Below are positions 9,772 to 20,145 of a DNA stretch of 64,000 nt, piece by piece. This DNA comes from Escherichia coli (GTDB lineage: Bacteria; Pseudomonadota; Gammaproteobacteria; Enterobacterales; Enterobacteriaceae). The notes under the pieces are model-generated. The model was not told the DNA's origin, searched no databases, and worked only from the letters and a program-made list of their open reading frames with translations. The stretch is taken from NCBI RefSeq assembly GCF_002854065.1, contig NZ_CP024147.1. One strand, given 5' to 3'. Within the stretch, counting starts at the first letter, position 1. Every line of letters begins with the position of its first letter. The position numbers and the translations under genes are program-made.

Positions 9772-10788
9772 TTACTCGATGCCCAGAACAAATGACATTA
9801 ACAAATCTAGCTTTATTTTCATGTCTGCAGTTGCCGAAGCCGCATTAACCTGCGGCAAGGCAAGCCATCTGTTTACGGCATCGGAGTTGAATCTCTGCTG
9901 CCTTAGGAACGAAGATACCGACGTTTCCCAGGAAAAGATTTCACCCCCACAAAGTTCGACGGGCTGCTGAGAGCAGGCTCGCTGAATAGTCATTCCCAAA
10001 CCGACGTAGCGGAGAAGCTCACGTCGCACATTCTCATCTTTTTGCATGACTGGTGCATCCAGTTTCGGTTTCGGTCCAAAGTACACTCCGGTAGTACCTG
10101 GTTGTAATGTCGGGTCACTGGAAAAATAAACCGGAACTCCCATCAATTTAAATGCCGCTGTCAAAATTTCATAACTAATGTCTGATCGACTCCAACGGCC
10201 CATGTGGGGTGGTACTTTTGGCAAACCGACCAGATCATCGCCACGGCTTACAATCGATACCCCCTCAACTGGCACGGATGGTTGCATTCTGAATACAGCG
10301 TCAGAATCGATTTCCCAGCCAGCTTCGCTTAACAATCGCAAAAAATTACCAGCAGCCACGCACGATGATTCACTCCACTCAACACAACCGATGCGCAGCT
10401 TGTCCCGCTGACCGAACTGTCCTGTTCGAAATAATTCGAGGTATCTGTCGCGATTGGAACTATTAACGGCATATGCATCAATCACAGTAGGCGGTACAGG
10501 TTTACTTGCAGATTCAGGATTTTGTTGAAGCAAATCTGGGCTTATGAAAAACACTATAGCGAAGATCGCCACTGCGCCAGATGCTCTTAACCACCCATTA
10601 AATTTTACTTCAAGGAAACCAGGCAGAACTGCACCAATACATCCGGCAGCCAGAGCCAGAACTATTCGGTAAACTATATATTGATAAGGTGTGGGATTGG
10701 GGGTTGTGATAGTAGTAATGAGTATGGCAACTATCGCCACAACCGCAAAACCATACCTAATGAACTTGTCTGTCCTTACACTGCTCAT
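9772..10788 (-). CDS. Membrane protein with three N-terminal TM helices and a ~250-aa soluble C-terminal domain, unknown function
   Basis: 338-aa ORF; hydrophobic segments FAVVAIVAILITTI, IVLALAAGCIGAVLPGFL and AVAIFAIVFFI; no recognisable catalytic motif. Confidence 0.6.
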   Translation of the reverse strand: MSSVRTDKFIRYGFAVVAIVAILITTITTPNPTPYQYIVYRIVLALAAGCIGAVLPGFLEVKFNGWLRASGAVAIFAIVFFISPDLLQQNPESASKPVPPTVIDAYAVNSSNRDRYLELFRTGQFGQRDKLRIGCVEWSESSCVAAGNFLRLLSEAGWEIDSDAVFRMQPSVPVEGVSIVSRGDDLVGLPKVPPHMGRWSRSDISYEILTAAFKLMGVPVYFSSDPTLQPGTTGVYFGPKPKLDAPVMQKDENVRRELLRYVGLGMTIQRACSQQPVELCGGEIFSWETSVSSFLRQQRFNSDAVNRWLALPQVNAASATADMKIKLDLLMSFVLGIE

Positions 10789-11217
10789 TTTAATTTTGAC
10801 ACCTGAATCAAGTCCATAAGTCGAAAATCCCGCATTAAACTGTTCCCCAATGATTAATACAGCTTTATACGCGTAATGAGGCTATTGGCGTTGGTGATGA
10901 GTGTAACTGTCCATTCCTCGCTCAGAGCAACCTTCTGCTCCAAGAGTCAGTCTACAGTGTGCAAAAAACAGACGTTGATCACAATATCGAGTTAATCATT
11001 CGGCCGTTTATCACTCCCATTGAAAAATTTCTCAGTATCCAATATACCAATGTTGAGGGCTTCCCTCTTACATCTCAAAAGGATAACTATCATGGGTCTT
11101 AAACCTGGTCCAAAACCAATTGCTAAATCGACAGGAAAACCAGATCAACGCCGACGAGATAATAAAGATACTCCTGGCAACACTCCGGGACTAAAGCCAA
11201 GTAAGTCCACCGGGAAG

Positions 11218-11255
11218 TAAAAAAATCAGGGTATAAATAAGTTATTTATACCCTG
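11218..11255 (-). terminator. Rho-independent terminator of the three-gene operon
   Basis: Perfect 14-bp palindrome CAGGGTATAAATAA/TTATTTATACCCTG followed on the minus strand by an 8-9 nt T-run, 15 nt downstream of the helicase stop codon. Confidence 0.7.
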
Positions 11256-11269
11256 ACTACATATCCAGT

Positions 11270-13468
11270 CTACTGAAGGTGTTTCTGCAGCCAGGTGCAC
11301 GTTCCTTCTATATCATACGCCTGTGCCCCATACCCTTTAGCAAGCAAAGTCTCTGGTAAATACTCGTCATATTTATCCAGATACTTGTCAGGAACAACTG
11401 CAGCAAGCTCAAACTCTGAAGGTAACCCCGACAATAGCATTTTCTTAAGTACACGCTGGACAGAGGCAACGCCTGAGTCCTCTACCTCTATCACACCTGC
11501 AAATGAACTGGCTTTAAAGCCACAACGTATAAGCAGGGACGTAATTGTATTGACAATTTTATCCCCCATCCACGGGATCACGTAGCAGTTCTGACCACTG
11601 GCAATAAAACAGTCATTGTGTAGATTGTAGCGTTGGAAGTTGTCACTTCCTTCCGCAAAGAGGCTTCTGGCTGCGGCATCAGCATAATCGACTCTCTTGT
11701 TGCCTACCGCGATACGGTAATCATTTTCCCTGTAGATAGCGAGCATCTCCTGGCGAACAACATCATGAACAGACATCCCGCTACCACTGAATAGTGGTGG
11801 CTGACCGCCTTTAGTCGCCTCAACATAGATAACCTTTTTTTCAACCTCGATCTCTGTCACTTTCCAGCGCCGTCCGCCGAAGATGATGTGCTGCTCCGGC
11901 AAAAGTGGGGAGTCTACAGGCACTGTGCCAAGAGTTCGGTTTCCCGTTACAATGCGAAACTCCTCAGGTGTATTGAATACGGCATAAAACGTGTAGTGAT
12001 TAGTCAGCTTCTCCCCCTCAGCCCCGACAACTATTTCACCGCTGGCTAGTTGACTGAGCAGGCCACATGTCCCCATATGTTTAAGCAGACTTTTAAAGTC
12101 ATTTATATCCACATTCCGGAACGGACCTGTCTGGCAAAGTTGTGACCAGAGTTGATCGGCACGAACACCTCCCCATTGCGCAGTAATAGCCAGGATCTGG
12201 TGTAGTAGTGTGGAGTAATGTTTCTGCCGGATATCTGCAGGCTCGAACCAGCGCTTAGAGATCATCAACCTGATCATTGCCATCGCCTGAACCAACTGCA
12301 GCCGTAAATGATCCACAATGCTGCTGGTTGCGGTAAGTTCAGGTTCAGTAATTAACATTCTCAGCACCGATGGGGAATCGCGCCGCCCTGAACGTCCCAT
12401 GCGTTGACGCAGACTGGAAACAGAATGCGGAGGTGTCACTTGTATGACAGACTGCACCTTACCAATATCAATACCCAGCTCCAGCGTCATTGTACAAACA
12501 GCGGTTGTGGGCAAATTCCCTTTCTGCAGTCGGGCTTCAAGCGCCTCACGTAACTCCCTGGCAAGGGAGCCATGATGAGGAAAGAATTCATTAGGAACGA
12601 CATTTGCTTCACACATGTCGCTCAGTATTGCCGCTATGCTTTCAGTACGCTTTCGACTGTTAGCAAAGACCAGGTGGGAATCGCCACGACAGAGCCTGAA
12701 AATATCCGCGCAGACGAGCTGTTCAGCAGAGCTCTGGAGCTCTTCCCCTTTTTCGAGCACCCGCTCAAGATAACCTTTAACCTGAACTTGTAGTGTAGCG
12801 GTGCTATTACTGTCTGTTACCGTTTCACAAGGTAATCTCTTATCCGGACGCAATAATTCTGGCACTTTTTCCAGCTCTCCCAGAGTGGCACTCAACGCGA
12901 CACGGGGAACTGGATTTAACTGGCGTCCCAGCACATGGTCAATTCTATTAAGCAGCGAAAGCAGTTGTATACCACGCTCTGAGCCAATAAAAGCGTGGAA
13001 CTCATCAATAACAATGTATGCCACTGAAGAAAACGCCTGTTTGAGCCAACCCAATGAGTTTATGAGCAAAGACTCAAGTGATTCAGGTGTGATAAGTAAG
13101 ATACCTGACGGGCTTGTCCGTGCTTTATTCTTTTTGCTTTGTGGTACATCCCCGTGCCAGGGCGTCACTTGCATTTCCAGGGCTTCCCCCAGGCTCTCAA
13201 GACGACGGTGCTGATCGTTAATCAATGCCTTCAACGGACTGATATAGATAATGCCAAATCCACCAGTGAGATCTGCAATCGCTGAACAGGCAGGAAGAAA
13301 GAAAGCCTCTGTTTTACCCGCAGCTGTACCTGCACTAATTAGTACATCACGATCACGGGCTAAAATTGCCGGAATAGAGCTCTCCTGCAAGGGCCTTAAT
13401 GATGACCAGCCCTGCTTATAAATCCACTTACGGACACGGGGATCGAGACTATTGTAGGCACTGCTCAT
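11270..13468 (-). CDS. DExH-box SF2 helicase (Lhr-like), third gene of the operon; SngC-like
   Basis: 732-aa ORF; motif I AGTAAGKTEAF, motif II VIDEFH, motif VI QRMGRSGR; ~300-aa C-terminal extension; start overlaps the stop of the upstream gene (ATGA at 13465-13468). Confidence 0.85.
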   Translation of the reverse strand: MSSAYNSLDPRVRKWIYKQGWSSLRPLQESSIPAILARDRDVLISAGTAAGKTEAFFLPACSAIADLTGGFGIIYISPLKALINDQHRRLESLGEALEMQVTPWHGDVPQSKKNKARTSPSGILLITPESLESLLINSLGWLKQAFSSVAYIVIDEFHAFIGSERGIQLLSLLNRIDHVLGRQLNPVPRVALSATLGELEKVPELLRPDKRLPCETVTDSNSTATLQVQVKGYLERVLEKGEELQSSAEQLVCADIFRLCRGDSHLVFANSRKRTESIAAILSDMCEANVVPNEFFPHHGSLARELREALEARLQKGNLPTTAVCTMTLELGIDIGKVQSVIQVTPPHSVSSLRQRMGRSGRRDSPSVLRMLITEPELTATSSIVDHLRLQLVQAMAMIRLMISKRWFEPADIRQKHYSTLLHQILAITAQWGGVRADQLWSQLCQTGPFRNVDINDFKSLLKHMGTCGLLSQLASGEIVVGAEGEKLTNHYTFYAVFNTPEEFRIVTGNRTLGTVPVDSPLLPEQHIIFGGRRWKVTEIEVEKKVIYVEATKGGQPPLFSGSGMSVHDVVRQEMLAIYRENDYRIAVGNKRVDYADAAARSLFAEGSDNFQRYNLHNDCFIASGQNCYVIPWMGDKIVNTITSLLIRCGFKASSFAGVIEVEDSGVASVQRVLKKMLLSGLPSEFELAAVVPDKYLDKYDEYLPETLLAKGYGAQAYDIEGTCTWLQKHLQ

Positions 13469-14781
13469 AGTCTGAAATTCGCCAGGCCATCATCGTCATC
13501 ACTTTCCTCCACAATGGCATCCCCCATATCGCTGGGCTTGTCTTCTTCAATCGCCACCCCCTCAATGAGAGCTTGCCAGTTCATCGTACTGTTTTGTTCC
13601 AGCACAGCCAGCATATCCAGAAAACCTTTTATGGTATTGCGGGGAGTTCGAAAGTAAGCATCTCCGATGGTTTTGCTGCAGTGATGCAGAAACCCGGTCA
13701 GAGCCTCATCTGGCACCAGATAATTTGCGGGATCTCCACCAGCATAAACATGACGAAGATTTTTCAGTAAAATATACAGTTCCTCAGGAGTGAGGCTGGC
13801 AAGATGTAGCGTGGGAGACGAGTAGTCAATCACGCCAGCTTTCTGTGCGAATCGATTTTCTGCCAGACGCGACTGGAGCGCTTCATAGCTGTAGAGCCCC
13901 TTACGTGGATCGAAAAGAAACTCTGGCGTCCCCCCGAGGATAAAACCAATATTTTCGGCGGAGCCTTGCAGGCAGTCATTCAGGATCCGCAAAATTTGTT
14001 CGTAGTTGGCCGTTCTCGCTTGCGTATTATTCAACTTGAAGAGGTTCACCATCTCGTCGAGGCTAACTAAAAGTCCGGCATAGCCTGCCTGACGGACAAA
14101 AAGGCTCATCAACTTCAAAGAGTCATAGAACGAGGCGTCTGAGATAATCGTTCGGACGTCAAGATCATTACGGGCATCAGTTTTTGTGGTGTACTCGCCC
14201 CGCAACCAGCGAATAGCATTGGATTTTAAGGTTTCGTTATCCTGCTCATGCCCGCGCCAGAATGCGTCAATGACCTTCGCAAAGTCATATCCACCCACCA
14301 TATCTGACAAAGCAGCAAGGCGTTTATGAATAACGGATGAGACCTGGGAGCCGTTCGCATCAGCTTCCTTCCTTGCCTCAGTAACAAACCTTTCCACAAC
14401 GCTAAGTAATGCATTGCCATCTGGTTTGTTTCTGGTGGACATATTTTTCATAAGCTCTGAGTAGAGATTACGAGCCTGACCTCCCGATGAGTGAATACGT
14501 CTGTCGGGAGAAAGGTCTGCACTGACCGTGACCAGCTTTTTCTCTAACGCAATAGACCGTACAACACTTAAAAAGAACGTTTTGCCGGAACCATACTCAC
14601 CAATGATAAGTCTGAAGCTTGCCCCGCCATCAGCAATCCGTTCAATATCCTGATGGAGGGCGGTTATCTCATTCACGCGGCCAACCTGGATATGCTGAAT
14701 ACCTATCCTTGGCGTTACTCCCGACTTAAGTGACTGAATAATAGCGTCGCGCTCTTTCACTCTTATACGTGTTACAGACAT
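13465..14781 (-). CDS. P-loop ATPase, second gene of the operon; SngB-like
   Basis: 438-aa ORF; Walker A GEYGSGKT, Walker B-like LLVSLDEM; acidic C-terminal tail; start 3 nt after the stop of the upstream gene. Confidence 0.85.
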   Translation of the reverse strand: MSVTRIRVKERDAIIQSLKSGVTPRIGIQHIQVGRVNEITALHQDIERIADGGASFRLIIGEYGSGKTFFLSVVRSIALEKKLVTVSADLSPDRRIHSSGGQARNLYSELMKNMSTRNKPDGNALLSVVERFVTEARKEADANGSQVSSVIHKRLAALSDMVGGYDFAKVIDAFWRGHEQDNETLKSNAIRWLRGEYTTKTDARNDLDVRTIISDASFYDSLKLMSLFVRQAGYAGLLVSLDEMVNLFKLNNTQARTANYEQILRILNDCLQGSAENIGFILGGTPEFLFDPRKGLYSYEALQSRLAENRFAQKAGVIDYSSPTLHLASLTPEELYILLKNLRHVYAGGDPANYLVPDEALTGFLHHCSKTIGDAYFRTPRNTIKGFLDMLAVLEQNSTMNWQALIEGVAIEEDKPSDMGDAIVEESDDDDGLANFRL

Positions 14782-14784
14782 TCA

Positions 14785-17094
14785 CTAACCCTCTAATTCT
14801 TTGGCTATTTCCAGGTCAACCCAAATGTGATCATCAGCATCTTCCAGCACTGGTGCATCAACCACCGCATAGGACCAATCGTTAATCACCTCAAGCGCAC
14901 CGCCGAGCATCAGGTTCCAGTTACTACACAACTCTGTCGCCTCTTTTCTGGACCATTGTTCTTTCTCCAGCAACCTGCGATAAAGTTGGCTATGAGCGGA
15001 GTCAAGCCCCCCTTCCCCGGTTAATGAGGCTGGAGCGCTTTCTGGTTGTTCTGGTTCTTCTTCAGTGAAAATCGAGTTCAGTAATTTACGAACATCATCA
15101 GTGGCAGATTCGTGGCGGGCAAGTACATTGGCATCCAGCGTAAACCCTGCCGTCGACTGATTAGCTGGTACAGATGAAACGAGAGCAGTTTCAGTTACGG
15201 AATGCTGATGGATATTGCTTGATACGGATGAGGGATCCAACCCCAGGCTTGTATAAATCTTCTCAAGCTGTTTGATTTCGGCAGGCGTAATTCTGCCGTC
15301 AGAGCAAGCGACACTAACGATAACCTTACCCACAGCTGATTTTTCCGCTGCACCGAGTAACTCAATCCGGCTTTTCATTCCCGTCATATTCGCCGGGGTA
15401 TGAAGCTGCCACGTTAAATATGCGTGCAGAGAGCGCTTTTCATCATCGCTGAAGCTGACATTGTTGTTGATGGCATTCTCAAGCACTTTCTGTTCGGCTT
15501 GATCGAAAGAATTGTCAATCAAGGCGACTACCGAACCTAATCGGAGCGTCAATACAGCTGTGATAAATTCAGGAGAAGGAGAGAAGCGGCCACTTTCACC
15601 AGCAGGGAATAAAACAAGAACACCATCGACATCTGCTTTTACGTGGTGGTAATAGGGGTCAGGAGCCAGGCAGTACCCCATTTTCTGTGCAAAGGCCTGC
15701 ATCAAGTCGGCCTCTTTTTTGTTGATCTTTGCCGGACAGGTAGCATTCATGTGTGACCAGAAGTCAGCAACTGAAACTACTCCCCCCTTACTGAGGATCG
15801 CGTCATCAGCCCAGCGTTTGAATGCACTTAATATTTTATCTGCGCTTTCGTTAACGATTTCTGAAGGCAGCAACAAAATTGCAACGGTATCATTTGCTGA
15901 AGTGCCTTTTCTACCAAGGTAACGACTGTAAGCATCCAGTTCATCTGTGCATATATCAGCAAGAGTCATAAGCTTCTGAACAGGGCCTTTCAATGCACTT
16001 GGATCAGGCAAGTCAGGAACAGGAAGCCGAATACCTCTCAAACTGGGACTTGCAGGCGTGTAATCTAAACGCAGACGCGCTTTATTCGGCTTCACTACCA
16101 TCCCTTCACCGTATTTAAGGGTGTAACGCCGTTTAAATAGTGCAGCAAATTCTTTCGCACAGCGGCGGGCGGGGGTTCGTAATGAGTATTCAGTATGGTT
16201 TGTCACCCACGTCAGAGCCAGATCCGCTGGAACCGGGGCTCCTGCATCAACTGTCTTTGCCAGGATTAACCTGAACTGCATGCTATTGCTGAACTCTGAA
16301 TCATCGCTGAGAGCTGCTGCAAGATTTTCGTTCGGACGAAGAATGGACATCGCTTCAAGTAACTGGGACGAGTAGTTCCGGAATGATCTGTTTTCATTGA
16401 AAACAGATCTGAGACGGCAGATCTCTTTGAAAAGAGAATAGAACTCATCGTCAGATATATTGCTGTCCCTGCTGTCAACAAGCGCCCGTCTTTCCAGACC
16501 ATACAGATAAATAAAAACGTAACCAATTGGGCAAGAAGTGTCACATCTGTCGCTGGTAAGCCAACTCAGGTACGCGCCACGTGCTTCAGGTGAAAGTGAG
16601 GAATAACTGGGCCAATACCCTAATGAACTATCTTCGTAGATGTAAGATGTGGGGTATATCTTGAGCGTGTCGTCAATTAGCGATGCCTCGCTACTATCAT
16701 CATAATAACCGCCTGAGTTATGCCCGACAGGGTTCATTCGCTGTCCAAGATAGAAGTAGCCGCCGGTAATCTCTACCCCACCGACTGTGATCACCTCCCC
16801 CGGTAAAATCCAGCGAGCCAAAGCACCGGTAGTTTTTGAGAAATTCTGGCGTTGAGTGGCTGTTATACTGTATTCGGCATTCCGCCCGCCACTTAGTGTA
16901 AACGTAGCCAGATTGTCATCTTCGCTGTCCTCGTTGTGCATTACAGACTGATTTTTTTTGTTATTAGCAAGCCATTCTTTAGGTGGTGCTTTCACAGGAG
17001 CGGAAGTATAAGAGCCCGCGGACTTAGTTTTCTTCTTTTTGAAAAAAAGAATATAAATCAAATAAATCGCTACTATAAATATCCATAACTCCAT
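14785..17094 (-). CDS. Membrane-anchored TerB-domain protein, first gene of the operon; SngA-like
   Basis: 769-aa ORF; N-terminal TM helix MELWIFIVAIYLIYILFF followed by KKKK; internal region ...VVALIDNSFDQAEQKVL...VIVSVACSDGRITPAEIKQLEKIYTSLGLD fits the TerB-domain pattern. Confidence 0.8.
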   Translation of the reverse strand: MELWIFIVAIYLIYILFFKKKKTKSAGSYTSAPVKAPPKEWLANNKKNQSVMHNEDSEDDNLATFTLSGGRNAEYSITATQRQNFSKTTGALARWILPGEVITVGGVEITGGYFYLGQRMNPVGHNSGGYYDDSSEASLIDDTLKIYPTSYIYEDSSLGYWPSYSSLSPEARGAYLSWLTSDRCDTSCPIGYVFIYLYGLERRALVDSRDSNISDDEFYSLFKEICRLRSVFNENRSFRNYSSQLLEAMSILRPNENLAAALSDDSEFSNSMQFRLILAKTVDAGAPVPADLALTWVTNHTEYSLRTPARRCAKEFAALFKRRYTLKYGEGMVVKPNKARLRLDYTPASPSLRGIRLPVPDLPDPSALKGPVQKLMTLADICTDELDAYSRYLGRKGTSANDTVAILLLPSEIVNESADKILSAFKRWADDAILSKGGVVSVADFWSHMNATCPAKINKKEADLMQAFAQKMGYCLAPDPYYHHVKADVDGVLVLFPAGESGRFSPSPEFITAVLTLRLGSVVALIDNSFDQAEQKVLENAINNNVSFSDDEKRSLHAYLTWQLHTPANMTGMKSRIELLGAAEKSAVGKVIVSVACSDGRITPAEIKQLEKIYTSLGLDPSSVSSNIHQHSVTETALVSSVPANQSTAGFTLDANVLARHESATDDVRKLLNSIFTEEEPEQPESAPASLTGEGGLDSAHSQLYRRLLEKEQWSRKEATELCSNWNLMLGGALEVINDWSYAVVDAPVLEDADDHIWVDLEIAKELEG

Positions 17095-17562
17095 GAGGCA
17101 ATAACCTTAAAAATAGCTTTTCACGAACACCGAAAGGATGACGATGGGAAGTGGATTAATCTTAAAATAATACTTCTAAATTACAAAGGTTAAAAGCAAA
17201 TCACAACCTTCCCGAACCTCCGCTTTTCGCTTGCTACGGTCCCTGCCGAGCATGAATCTCGTCTATGCCCAAAAGCGGACATTGATAATTCAGAAACCAT
17301 GGCAGAAGTGTGGTATCAGCCCCTCACCTGATGCCTGCCAGCATCGCACCTCGCTTCATGTCTAACCTCTCTGTTAGCCCGGCAGGGTCAATGGCTCTGT
17401 TGACAATGGTGCTACTTTCCAATACGTTAAGCACAAGGTTAGCGCGACCCGGCAGCTCACGGCCAAAGCGGAATGCAGCGCAGACTTATCAAATCTTTTT
17501 TGGTTAAGTGTCTTTGATTCTTATGATTCGTGAGCACATAGGACAGATAAGAGACTTAAACC

Positions 17563-18135
17563 ATGAAACAAATCCCCACATGCGCTGAAGCAAAAGCCCA
17601 CGCCAAATACCTTTCACGGTCGCTCAATATCAATCTAAGCTACGCCCGGGATGCAGTGGCATTACGTTATAACTACCATAACTGGTCGGAACTCAGCACA
17701 GTATTTGGTCAGCTTAGCTGATAAGTACATGTCGTGCTATGGCCTTGCCAGTCATGAAGAGAAGCGTGTTTTTAGCCAGCTTCTGGCACCATATATCGCA
17801 GAATTGCAAAATGTCATTCATCCTGACCGCCATGTACGGAAAGCTTGATACGTAAGATTGCTGAAGGCCATATTTCCCGGGTATCTGGTAAAGTGATGTC
17901 GGCTGTAATACGTGAATGCGAGGATTTTCCTCCCACGACAGTTAAAGACATCATTGAACTGCTTGAATTTTATGATGAAACGGCCAGCCGGATATTAGCA
18001 GGACACCACCGGCAGATCCCGACCAATAATCCCTTGCTGAAACCCTGGGTATTTGGTGTGCGCTTTTATGCCTATAACCACTTTAATGCCAAGCTGGTCA
18101 CCATCTGTGATCTTCCGCCAACATGCCTCTTCTGA
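17563..18135 (+). pseudogene. Frameshifted remnant of an unknown gene (three consecutive ORF pieces)
   Basis: Pieces 17563-17722 (54 aa, below ORF-track cutoff), 17651-17848 and 17845-18135 abut in alternating frames. Confidence 0.4.
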
Positions 18136-18248
18136 ACTCTCCCGACGTCAACAAAACCCCCTCTAATCCCTTATATATCAGGATTTCTTTGTATCCAGAG
18201 GCCAACCGCCTTCACCCCGTATCAAGTTACTTTTGGGGGTATAATTTA

Positions 18249-18689
<441 letters not shown>

Positions 18690-18785
18690 CATGCATCACA
18701 ACAGCTCCTCATAGGCACTCAGTGGTCGATGTTCCACCTGACTGATCTGCTGCCAGAGCGGGGCGTGAGGTTCCGGTACTATCTG

Positions 18786-19082
18786 CTAGCCAGACGACAC
18801 TGAGCAGAGGCGATGTGAGGCCACCAGTTTCTCATTACTGTAGATCCGCAACTCATCGTTCAGCGATATTCGTATCGAGACTGGCTGACCACACAGCATT
18901 TCGGGAACGCTGTACTGATTACCTCCAACTTCGTTATAGCGGGTCCCAGGACACATGGCGGATGTCGAAGTAACTGGTATCGAAGTCTGTATCCGGTAAC
19001 GGCTGCAGATGTTCCTGCTCCAGCGCGAAGCGCTGTTCCGGCGTTTCTTTGAACTGACGAAGCTCCCATTTGTCAGCCACAT
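18786..19082 (-). pseudogene. IS21-family IstA transposase C-terminal fragment
   Basis: 98-aa piece recalled as the IstA C-terminus; on the opposite strand to the IstB fragment, so rearranged. Confidence 0.5.
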
Positions 19083-19234
19083 CGGCTAGCGCCAGCTAAC
19101 CTATGCGGTACTGGCCTTGGTGCTAACCCGCGTTAAAGCTACCACGTTGATCAGAGCCTCTCTCCCGGAAAGTCATACTGTCTTACATATTAATCACTCA
19201 AAATAGAGTAAATAAAATCGGTAATGACTCCAAC

Positions 19235-19738
19235 TTATTGATAGTGTTTTATGTTCAGATAATGCCCGATGACTTTGTCATGCAGCTCCACCGATTTTGA
19301 GAACGACAGCGACTTCCGTCCCAGCCGTGCCAGGTGCTGCCTCAGATTCAGGTTATGCCGCTCAATTCGCTGCGTATATCGCTTGCTGATTACGTGCAGC
19401 TTTCCCTTCAGGCGGGATTCATACAGCGGCCAGCCATCCGTCATCCATATCACCACGTCAAAGGGTGACAGCAGGCTCATAAGACGCCCCAGCGTCGCCA
19501 TAGTGCGTTCACCGAATACGTGCGCAACAACCGTCTTCCGGAGACTGTCATACGCGTAAAACAGCCAGCGCTGGCGCGATTTAGCCCCGACATAGCCCCA
19601 CTGTTCGTCCATTTCCGCGCAGACGATGACGTCACTGCCCGGCTGTATGCGCGAGGTTACCGACTGCGGCCTGAGTTTTTTAAGTGACGTAAAATCGTGT
19701 TGAGGCCAACGCCCATAATGCGGGCAGTTGCCCGGCAT
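19235..19738 (-). CDS. insB: IS1 transposase InsB
   Basis: 167-aa ORF matching IS1 InsB. Confidence 0.9.
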
Positions 19739-19932
19739 CCAACGCCATTCATGGCCATATCAATGATTTTCTGGTGCGTACCGGGTTGAGAAGCGGTGTA
19801 AGTGAACTGCAGTTGCCATGTTTTACGGCAGTGAGAGCAGAGATAGCGCTGATGTCCGGCGGTGCTTTTGCCGTTACGCACCACCCCGTCAGTAGCTGAA
19901 CAGGAGGGACAGCTGATAGAAACAGAAGCCAC
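19657..19932 (-). CDS. insA: IS1 protein InsA
   Basis: 91-aa ORF with zinc-finger CPSC...CSHC typical of InsA. Confidence 0.9.
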
Positions 19933-20145
19933 TGGAGCACCTCAAAAACACCATCATACACTAAATCAGTAAGTTGGCAGCATCACCAATAAAATCATAC
20001 AACTAGAGAGTGATTATAATTGTTATTGAACACTGGTTATCCCATTTTTGTTATATTGATCACAAAACCCTTCTTTTTATGATGATCTAAAAATAAATAT
20101 TAAATATTGTGGTCAGGCCGCTAGACCGCAATAAGAGGAAATATC

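Larger units (their letters stand above)
19220..19987 (-). mobile_element. IS1 insertion sequence, complete, with 9-bp target-site duplication
   Basis: 768 bp from GGTAATGACTCCAACTTATTGAT to ...AGTAAGTTGGCAGCATCACC; flanked by direct repeats AATAAAATC at 19211-19219 and 19988-19996. Confidence 0.95.
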
